Positions 1 through 8,200 of a stretch of DNA of 29,239 nt are shown one piece after another (within the stretch, counting starts at the first letter, position 1; every line of letters begins with the position of its first letter). Source of the DNA: a virus (Duplodnaviria > Caudoviricetes); IMG/VR virus record IMGVR_UViG_3300031607_000014, positions 1-29,239 of that record. One strand, 5' to 3'. A program made the position numbers and the translations under genes. The notes below the pieces were generated by a model. It made no database searches. It worked only from the letters and a program-made list of their open reading frames with translations, and had not been told where the DNA came from.

Positions 1-63
1 TCAAGTCGCTGCAACTATCCCTACGCCCGAAGTTAAATAATCAACACATCATATCCCATAACT

Positions 64-505
64 ATGAAAGACCGATACACAAGACAATGGATCACCGACA
101 ACAGCATCGAAATCGTATCCCAATACGAGGACGGCGAACTAACTATTCGTGCGCTACACTATCAGCTCGTGGCTATCGGGATGACTAACACCCTCCAGCA
201 CTATAAGCGAGTAGTCGGAGCAATGATCGCCTCAAGACGCGACGGAATCATTGGCTACTCTAAGTTTTCTGACCACCGACCGCGAGGCCATTGGCGAAAC
301 AGAATGGGAGCCAGTCAAACTCGAAGCAGAGATAAGCAAAGGGAAGCGTCAGATTGCCCTCTGGATGGAGAGCTATAATCGAAACCGATGGGAAAACCAA
401 GAAAACTACGTCGAAGTATGGATCGAGAAGAAAGCCCTGCAAGGTGTGTTCGCTCCGATCTGCGCTGCCAATGACGTTGCCCTCTGCCCATGCAAAGGCC
501 GTTAA
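64..505 (+). pseudogene. Frameshifted and truncated TopoVI-A/Spo11-like (wHTH + TOPRIM) protein
   Basis: ORF 64..378 has LTIRALHYQLV...HYKRV...SRRDG. ORF 251..505 continues with RWENQENYVEVWIEKKAL...LCPCKG. Removing one C at about 276 (GACCACCGACCGC) joins them as SDHDREAIG. The frame stops at the start of the TOPRIM domain. Confidence 0.65.
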
Positions 506-575
506 TGAAACCCTGTCTAAAAGGCAGAAGAGCTTCATCCTTAGATCAGTAGTGACCTATACTGATGAGTAAACC

Positions 576-1178
576 CTAAAGCTCCAGCTCTTCCGTCCAA
601 TCATCGAAGCCCTGCATAATCAAGTGCAGGGCTTCTTTGTGCTTAAATGCCCCGCTATGCCCTAGCTTGCGCAGTCCTAGCTTCTCGTATGCGACGTTCC
701 AGTAAACGGCCTTCTGGATTCCATTGTGTCCAAGCCTGCCCATACTACCCCACTTATGGAACGGCAACCATGAAGCGGCGCGAACGATCCAGTCGGACTT
801 GGTATGGAACACGAGGACTCCCGATACGATTGGCGACTGGCTTGCGTCTCGATCGAGTGCGGGATTCAGAAACATGCAGCGAACTTTGAAGGTCGGATCC
901 ATCTGTGCCAAAAGCCAGCAAGCCATCGTAATAACCGCACACCCGTTGCTATGACCTACGATCACGTCATCGGGACGTATAGCGCTGGCTAGGCGATCTG
1001 CTCGATTGCCGTTGCCAAAGCGCACACTAAGCAGGTCACGGAAGATTCCACGGCTCCAGCGGCTATCATGCTCAAGCACAGAAAAGCCCCGATCCTCAAA
1101 TGAAGAACGGAGCTTGTCGAGTGTTGAAGCGCCACCGTCGCTGACGTTGAAGCCGTGGACTAGGTGAGCTGTCGGCAT
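576..1178 (-). CDS. Alpha/beta hydrolase (esterase/lipase-like)
   Basis: N-terminal LVHGF oxyanion motif, nucleophile elbow VIVGHSNG, FLNPAL, HTKSDWIV, C-terminal GHS (catalytic His candidate). TAATG overlap with the upstream gene. Confidence 0.8.
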   Translation of the reverse strand: MPTAHLVHGFNVSDGGASTLDKLRSSFEDRGFSVLEHDSRWSRGIFRDLLSVRFGNGNRADRLASAIRPDDVIVGHSNGCAVITMACWLLAQMDPTFKVRCMFLNPALDRDASQSPIVSGVLVFHTKSDWIVRAASWLPFHKWGSMGRLGHNGIQKAVYWNVAYEKLGLRKLGHSGAFKHKEALHLIMQGFDDWTEELEL

Positions 1179-1597
1179 TACTCAGTTGCCCTTAGTAGCG
1201 GTAAGCCAGCACGAGCACGGTCGAAGTCACTAGATGGACTCGGGCTAGGTTGACCCTCAAGCACTGACGTAGCGTTATTGCCAAGAGCCTGCACTGCTAC
1301 GCTAAGAGCTTGCGCTTGCGCTAACGATGCTTGAGCTGTTACGGACTCACGCTCAGCCTGCGCCCGTGCTGCACTGGATGCTTCAGCTCGGAACTCGACT
1401 TGCTCAAGGATGCCAGTTTCGGGATGAGTGGAGGTTCGCTTGTAGAGAACGTCCTTTTCCGAGCTGTAGTCGAGCTGTGGAATGCCACTGGCATTAGCGG
1501 TGATACCAAGCTCGGTCTTGATTGGTCGCGGCGTTCCCACGCAGCCAGAGGCCAGCGCTAAGGCTAGCAGGGATAGGAGGAGTGTTATTAGTTTCAT
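1178..1597 (-). CDS. Lipoprotein, possibly o-spanin-like
   Basis: MKLITLLLSLLALALASGC is a signal peptide II with a lipobox. Ala/Gln-rich helix; lies in the post-tail-fibre membrane-gene cluster. Spanin role is inference. Confidence 0.6.
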   Translation of the reverse strand: MKLITLLLSLLALALASGCVGTPRPIKTELGITANASGIPQLDYSSEKDVLYKRTSTHPETGILEQVEFRAEASSAARAQAERESVTAQASLAQAQALSVAVQALGNNATSVLEGQPSPSPSSDFDRARAGLPLLRATE

Positions 1598-1612
1598 GGT
1601 TTTATTTATGGT

Positions 1613-2005
1613 TTACTGGAGAGGGAATCCCGCCAGTCTGGAGAGGTCGTCGTAAATAGGCCACGGGTCGCCGCGCCCAACTGATTTTCTCAATGCCTCA
1701 TAATGAGACTTCTTGAACAGAGCTGTATCGGCTTGTAGCGCTTGGAGAATCACGTAAATCTCGTCTACTTTGTCCTGCAACGGTTGCCTCTCCCGCGCTA
1801 CCGAAGCAAGAAGATTGGCTTCGGATTCTAACTGCCAAGCTCGGATGTTTCCACTAACTCCCCAGACCGCGAACGCAGAGAGTCCAGCTAAGCAAGCAAT
1901 AGTAAAACTTACAACCAGAACGGTTGGTATATGCGATTTTGATAGATCAGTATTTTGGGTCATTTTAGTGTCTCCAGTATTCGGTGCCTGTGAATTGTTT
2001 GACAA
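1613..2005 (-). CDS. Single-TM membrane protein (i-spanin-like or holin accessory)
   Basis: One hydrophobic helix (VLVVSFTIACLAGLSAFAVWGV) followed by a helical segment. The true start may be the second Met (MTQNTD), which is preceded by GGAGA. Confidence 0.5.
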   Translation of the reverse strand: MSNNSQAPNTGDTKMTQNTDLSKSHIPTVLVVSFTIACLAGLSAFAVWGVSGNIRAWQLESEANLLASVARERQPLQDKVDEIYVILQALQADTALFKKSHYEALRKSVGRGDPWPIYDDLSRLAGFPLQ

Positions 2006-2047
2006 GCTCGGCTCCGAGCACCTGTAAGGAGTCGTTTTGAATTGGTT

Positions 2048-2299
2048 TCACTTCCTTGCGGATTGAGTGCAGCGGTAGGCCGTTACTATTTCACGCACTA
2101 TCTTTTGATGCTCTTGATCCTTCCGCTCTAAGTGCGCAATCAGCATAGGAAAGAACTTGAGCAGCAGCAGGACAACCACCCCAGCCATGCCAGCTTGAAT
2201 TGCCAAGCTATGCCAGCTACCAGCAGCAGGCTGAACTTGACCGATGAACGAGGAGAAGGCAAAGAACCCGCTTGCGATGTAAGGTAGTGAGTTTGTCAT
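2048..2299 (-). CDS. Putative holin
   Basis: 83 aa, two hydrophobic segments, charged C-terminus (ERKDQEHQK...RK), downstream of tail fibre genes. Confidence 0.5.
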   Translation of the reverse strand: MTNSLPYIASGFFAFSSFIGQVQPAAGSWHSLAIQAGMAGVVVLLLLKFFPMLIAHLERKDQEHQKIVREIVTAYRCTQSARK

Positions 2300-2308
2300 T
2301 GTGTTTGT

Positions 2309-2827
2309 TTACAATTTAGCAGGGTCAATCAGTGCCGCTGCAATGAACAACTCATCAAGTTCTGTGGGGGAAAAACCCGCAAGTCCCCCAAGTGTGTTGA
2401 CCATACTTGCAGACCGAACAAAGAAATCAGAATCACTCACAAGGATATTTGCAACTTCCTTTGACTCATCTGGTAACTGGTCTAGGATTGCTGAAAGGTC
2501 CACACCTTTCAAAACTAAGGCAATTTTTAGCTGTGCTTTTGTGACACGTTCTGGGACAACAACAGGCGGAACAAAACCCAAAGCCGCGTTCAACTGTGCA
2601 TCCGAAAGAGTCAAAGTGTGCTCAGTGTCAACGACTGGGTTGCCCTCGGCGTCCGGTTCATTGGCCATGCTGAATGTCAGCGTGTTGGTCTCGGCGTCCC
2701 ATAGCAAGTCAATCGCCTCCATTGGGATCTCGACACCATCCGGCAAAGGTGACAAACGCTCATTGCCTCGGGCGCTTATCAAAACAAAGCCCTGTGGTGT
2801 AACTGTTTTAATGCTTAAATTTTTCAT
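2309..2827 (-). CDS. Tail-fibre-associated protein (chaperone-like)
   Basis: TAATG-coupled to the tail fibre. C-terminal VPERVTKAQLKIAL...LDELFIAAA resembles small proteins that commonly follow phage fibres. Confidence 0.5.
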   Translation of the reverse strand: MKNLSIKTVTPQGFVLISARGNERLSPLPDGVEIPMEAIDLLWDAETNTLTFSMANEPDAEGNPVVDTEHTLTLSDAQLNAALGFVPPVVVPERVTKAQLKIALVLKGVDLSAILDQLPDESKEVANILVSDSDFFVRSASMVNTLGGLAGFSPTELDELFIAAALIDPAKL

Positions 2828-5223
2828 TATGAGTTAAGTTTTTTAAAGTTCGCCCGCACATCGATGTTTGTGGCCCCTGAAGATGTTGCTGTGCGGAGGC
2901 GTTGATCATTGGCAATCTGCGCGGCAGTGGTCGCGGCTGAGATCGAGCCGTCAGCTGCTAATGCAACGCCTGAGTGTAGGCCATTGTGATTGGATCCGTC
3001 GCTCCGCTGGATGATCGTGCCAGAGGAAGTCTCACCCCCCTGATCGATGATCTGGAGGGAATCGATCACACAGTCCGCCGGGATTAAATCCACCGATGCG
3101 GACCCTACAAAATCGTTTGAGCTGGCATCGAGGCCGAATCCCCGAATGTGGCCTGCATCTTTTGGTATTAGGTGTTGTGTGCCTGTCGCCGATAAAATCG
3201 CGTCGTTGTGATTTGTGGATGCGTCGTGAAGTTGTAGGCCTATACCTTCGTCCATTGGGAGGTGGAGAGATGCGCCGATGCGTGTTATTGTCATGCTGTC
3301 AATATACATCGTGCCGTTGTTGATTCTTACCAGTAGATTTCCTGGGTTCCCAACTCCCGTCTTCCATTTAAAACTTACTTTTGTCCAAGCGTCCTTAGCA
3401 GTGACATCCCCTGAAAAATTAGTTTGGGGTTTGATTTCCATCGCGAAAGAGTTTGTCACATTGAAATTAGGATCCCCAGTTTTTATGTAAAACCACAACT
3501 CGCAAACAAAGGTGTAAGCCGCATTAGCCCCAGCTGATGAAATTTGAAACCCGTGGTTCCCTGTCGTGACAATCTTTGCACAAAAATCCCCTGCTTGAGC
3601 TCCGCCAATACTGTCAGCATCACCAGCACCATCGTAGTTAGTGTGAGTCCCATTAAAGGTGGTCGTATTAATTAACACTTGCGCTGTGCTCGCATTTTCC
3701 CCATTTTCGAAATCCTCAAATCCTGTGGCTCCCCACTTGTAATCAGGGTTAGAAGCAAGCCAACCGCTGACCCCTTGCGCGTAAATCTCAGCCGCTTGGG
3801 TTGCTGTTAATGCGGTGTTTAAAATTGCAAAATCGGAAATGATGCCATTCAGATATGTAGACGAAAACCGACCCCCAAACTGGTCAATTACTATATCACC
3901 TGCTAACGTTTCGGTTTCCCCCGCGATTCCGTTGACATACAAAGTCACTGCATCGTCAGCCTCACGGACTATGAGCAAGTCATACACGGTGTCCACTGCT
4001 ATCGTAGATGGAGTATTTAGATAAATAATTGTTGCAGCACTGTTCATCAGCTGCATGTTGGTTGATACATTAAAGCCAAACCGCCCGGCGTCACTGTTTG
4101 ATTTGCCCACGATAATCCCGCTACCGTCAAGCGCACCCGCAGACGCCCGAACAGACAAAGAAAACGCACCTGAGAGTGTCACATCTGGGAAACCCGCCCG
4201 ACCTGCTGTGTCATCAAAGGCCACACCGCCCGCAAACGATTTGTGGTTCAGTTGTCGTGCTGGAATTGCTACTGCTGCTGCTGCACTCGCTGCTGCTGCT
4301 GCTGCATTGATCCCGGTCAGCACCACGTCAGCATTAGTAGCAACCACGTCCAACCCTGTCAGCACCACATCAGCATTAGTAGCAACCACGTCAGCATTAG
4401 TAGCAACCACGTCATCATTAGTAGCAACCACATCAGCATTAGTCAGCACCACGTCAGCCGCTGCTTTAGCCGCATGATGGAGCGCTGAGAACTCAGTGGA
4501 ACCATCTCCACCCGCAGCGACACTCACAGGCGAATCCTCCGCTTTATTCGCCCACTCCTCAGCATAGCCCGCTGCATCCAGTATAGCACTACCATCGATG
4601 ATAATCGCTATATCCCCAGATGCCAGATCAGCCACGATACTATCAGAAGTGTGAGCAGTCAGAGCGTGATAAACGGAGGCAGTCGCAGACACTCGAAACA
4701 TATCATACTTATCATAAGCCGTAGCAGTCGACCACTCGCCTTTCCATTCGCCTAGCTCCCTAGTAAGTGTTAATGCGCCGTTCTGATCGAAGCGAATCAG
4801 CTTTCCAATCCTAGCTGCTGCATCTGGTAACACAAGTGCCGTGCCATCGCTCAAGCTAGACTTCAAGCAGCGAGCAAGCTCTTCGTCTGTCTCCTGCAAG
4901 ATACGAGTGATCTTGTCCAGCGCCTCGCCAATATCTGCAACGAAGAATTTACCATTCGTGCGCAAGGTAAGAAGCTGGCTTTTCGCTGTATTGCGGACGA
5001 TTGAAATGCGCTCGCCTGCGGTTGCTCCAACCATTGTGACTGTGCCACCAGAAGCATCACCTGCGCCTGCAACCGTGTAATGATTCGTGAGCGCAAGCAC
5101 GCCACGAGCATCGCTCACGACGAGCAATTCGCCGTCAATAGAAAACGGGTAAGCAAAGGGTATGCTGTCCGTTGAAGTGGATAATGTTGCGTCCACTCGT
5201 GGTGTTTGTTCGGGAAGGCTCAT
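2827..5223 (-). CDS. Tail fibre / receptor-binding protein
   Basis: T7 gp17-like N-terminal adaptor (FAYPFSI...YTVAGAG...ISIVRNT...EALDKITRILQE), WKGEWSTATAY CBM-like motif, heptad repeats, LamG/ConA-like domain (GIISDFAILNTALTATQAAEIY). Confidence 0.85.
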   Translation of the reverse strand: MSLPEQTPRVDATLSTSTDSIPFAYPFSIDGELLVVSDARGVLALTNHYTVAGAGDASGGTVTMVGATAGERISIVRNTAKSQLLTLRTNGKFFVADIGEALDKITRILQETDEELARCLKSSLSDGTALVLPDAAARIGKLIRFDQNGALTLTRELGEWKGEWSTATAYDKYDMFRVSATASVYHALTAHTSDSIVADLASGDIAIIIDGSAILDAAGYAEEWANKAEDSPVSVAAGGDGSTEFSALHHAAKAAADVVLTNADVVATNDDVVATNADVVATNADVVLTGLDVVATNADVVLTGINAAAAAASAAAAVAIPARQLNHKSFAGGVAFDDTAGRAGFPDVTLSGAFSLSVRASAGALDGSGIIVGKSNSDAGRFGFNVSTNMQLMNSAATIIYLNTPSTIAVDTVYDLLIVREADDAVTLYVNGIAGETETLAGDIVIDQFGGRFSSTYLNGIISDFAILNTALTATQAAEIYAQGVSGWLASNPDYKWGATGFEDFENGENASTAQVLINTTTFNGTHTNYDGAGDADSIGGAQAGDFCAKIVTTGNHGFQISSAGANAAYTFVCELWFYIKTGDPNFNVTNSFAMEIKPQTNFSGDVTAKDAWTKVSFKWKTGVGNPGNLLVRINNGTMYIDSMTITRIGASLHLPMDEGIGLQLHDASTNHNDAILSATGTQHLIPKDAGHIRGFGLDASSNDFVGSASVDLIPADCVIDSLQIIDQGGETSSGTIIQRSDGSNHNGLHSGVALAADGSISAATTAAQIANDQRLRTATSSGATNIDVRANFKKLNS
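4316..4462. repeat. Seven tandem 21-bp repeats (consensus GTAGCAACCACGTCAGCATTA) encoding NADVVAT/NADVVLT heptads
   Basis: Units start at 4316, 4337, 4358, 4379, 4400, 4421 and 4442. An adjacent (GCT)n poly-Ala run lies at about 4268-4305. Confidence 0.95.
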
Positions 5224-5268
5224 GCTTTTTAATTAGGTTGGAATGTGGCTATAGTCCACGGTTAAGGG

Positions 5269-8200
5269 TTAGGGCATTTGCACGCCCATCTCTCTCATAC
5301 GCCTACGGGTTTCCTTGCGCTCCTCTTCGCGTTGACGCTGTTCACCGCCGCCTGCGTGCCAGTAATACATGGAACCAACGAACGGAACAGAACGCCATAC
5401 TTCAGCGTTGCCTATCGACCAATCCGAATCACCAGTGACGATTGAACTGGAATCTCGGTATGTTTGCTGAAACCACGGAACAGGGAAGGACGTAAGCATT
5501 GCAAGCGACAACACTGGATTCTTGTGCCGCTGAAAATCGTAGTAAAGGAATCGGTTGACTCCTAATATCTTGATGGCAGATGCCGCCAAGGTGTCATCTA
5601 CTTTCGGCTCTTTGCCAGACAGCGTATCGCGAATGAAATCCACGGTTGCCCCGCCGACAAACCAAAGCATATAGAGCCACATCAGCTTGCGCATTCCGTC
5701 GCGGAATAATTTGTAGTCTCGCTTTTCAACTCCAAGTTTCATTTCGCGAATCCCTTCACGCCGCATAATGTCGAATCTCTTCAACATGAATGTCTTTAGC
5801 ATGTAGAAGATTCGGAGGTTCGGGTGCTTTGCATAGCCCTCTGGCATCTCGCTGTAATCTAGCGGCTGGAAGTCCAGAAGGATATTCCAACCAAGCAGAA
5901 CCACGTCTTCAGATTTTACGTTGTCGATCAAGTCTTGCTTGAGCTGTGCGATCCGCGCTGCGTCACCTCCGAAGTATTCCGTAAGCCTGCGCTCCTGTGT
6001 GTCCGTAAGGCGACCACGTTGCGCTGAGTCGCGATATGCACGTATGCCAGAGTTCACTTGAGTGTTCGCCCCTCCTCGACCAAAGAAGGCAACTCCCGCC
6101 TTCTTCATGCCCCAGTCCATAAAGCGACCCATACCTTTTTTCGCGTCGTCGTAATCTTGGCTGAACGACTCTTGCCCAAAGTCTCGAACCATTGACATTT
6201 CATCCTTATCGAAAAGGCTCGCGAAGTAACGAAGGTTTCCAAATCCACGACCCGTAAATACCGCTGTCGATATGTCCTCGATCTGAATCATTGCCACCTC
6301 GAATTTCATCATCGTTGTGATGTAGCCAAGCGAGCGCAACACTTGCAGTCCTTTTTGCATTGCCCCGTTCGTGTGCATTGCTTCCAAGATCGTTTGAACT
6401 TCGGCCTGCTCTGCGCCAACGAGTTCACCCTTAGACACCAAGTCAGCGACCACGGATGCGGCTGACTTCTCGACGTTAACCTTCTTTGTTCCGTTCACGT
6501 CTTCGACGATAGCGGACTGTCCGAAAAACTTCTTCTTCTCAACGTCATCAACTACTCGGTTTATGTATCTGTCAACAGCCTCGAATGGCGTAGAATAGAA
6601 CTCGTCGAACTGGCTTTGCTCAAGTGTTTCAATTGATCGAGCCTTGAAGTTTGGTGGAATGCCAGAACCTTTGTAAGTGCCAGCTAGAATTTGACCGATT
6701 ATCTTTTCCTTGTCAGCGTCCGTAAGCGTGTGTCCACGAGCAGATGCTTCTAGCTTTGCGGATTCAATCGCCGTGTCGAAGATACCTTTAACTTCCATGC
6801 CGAACTCAGCAAGTAAGCCGTCGCGATCTTGCAACCAGCGAGGCCAGTAATTATCGCGCTTTGGTATCTCGTATCCAGATGCAATTGCGTATCTACGGAT
6901 TTCATCCAGCACGATTCGGGTCTGACGGATCGCCTCCGTTAGTCCATCGACCTTATCCATGATGAGCATTGCCTGCTCTTGGTCTCCGTTCGCTAGGTGC
7001 AAGCCCAGCGCTTTACGGTCAGCTTTGTCGAGTTGACGGTATAGGTCACGAGCTGGCTGAACTCGATCACTGTAACGCATCTTGCGCTGACTTACGTTCA
7101 ATCTGTATTCGCGCATTCGGCTGAAGATGCGAACATGCACATTGCGGAGCCGTGAACCCATCGACAAGCCGTTGCGTGCGTAAAGCCATCCTAAGAGTCC
7201 TCTCTCGCTGAAATCGCCTTTAAGCTGTTCTAGGTTTTTCCGCTGGCGTGCCTGCTCTTCTGCGAAGTATGGCATATCCAGTTTTTCGCGTTGCTCATTT
7301 GACTCGCGCTCTGCGGCTTCCATTCGGACGACTTCAGCGCTGCCACCGTGGTGAGCGTTGAACACTTCATCGGAGACTGTAATCTGCAATGTCGGCTCTT
7401 GCGGAAGTGATTGTGACATGACAACACCAGCGCCTCCAACAGCTCGTGGCAATACCCCTGCTTCAAGTGACTCTGCAATCTCTCGATACTGCTCAAAAGT
7501 AAATGACATCGGAGACTCGCCAGACTCACCAGTTTTTACATTCTCAGGGGTGTCCAAATCGAATAGCGACTCTTGGCCTGCCAGCTTACCGAACTCAAGC
7601 GCTACAGCTCTATTCGCAGCGGGAACCACCACATTCAAGTCAATTAAAATGTCTGCCGAGTCGGGAAACTTGTATAGCCCGATCTTGGATGCGTTGCTAA
7701 AGATGACCTCACGGTTAGACTCCAAGAACGATTGAACCATTGCTGGGGTGATTGTCCACGAGTTTGTGTTCACGGAGTTGACGGTTATTACAAGGCCACC
7801 ACCTTCGTAGTTTGTTCCGTCAACATTGAGCGTTGCGCCGTCCTCGTCTTTTCGTGGAACCACTTTCAATCGGTCTAGTTGCTCTTGCACACGAGACGTA
7901 AAGCTCGCGGCCTTTCCTTCGCGGTAAGCCTTAATATCACTCCACCATTCAGAGGTAAGACTTTCGCCTGTAGGTATGCGGTGAAAGATTGCAGCCGCCT
8001 CACGACCCTTTACCACGTAACCCAGATACCCTGCGTCAATGATTTTGCGTTCAGCTATCAATCCAGCAGCACGGCTGTCGAATGGAGCATACTTAGTTTT
8101 GCGTTGGCGAACGTCCAAGGCCGCTTTTGATCGGAACTCTTCTGGGTCATTCTCGAAGTCGTAAAGCAATCCCTCTTCGATCTTCATTGCGTAAAAGTTG

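Noticed and set aside
264-285. Programmed ribosomal frameshift joining ORFs 64..378 and 251..505
   Set aside because: No canonical slippery heptamer at the shift point, and the downstream frame is truncated anyway. Decay or a sequencing error is more likely.
501-574. Type II hammerhead ribozyme (GAAAC...GTC...CTGATGAG in the right order)
   Set aside because: Stems I and II are mismatched, stem III is minimal, and CTGAT is sequestered in a perfect competing 7-bp hairpin (545-566). Not supportable without a cleavage assay.
4316-4462. CRISPR array from the 21-bp repeats
   Set aside because: The repeats are contiguous with no spacers and are in frame within the tail fibre.
2827-5223. Diversity-generating retroelement targeting the tail fibre, given the BPP-1-like gene order
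   Set aside because: No reverse transcriptase and no TR/VR repeat pair with adenine-specific mismatches was seen in the window.
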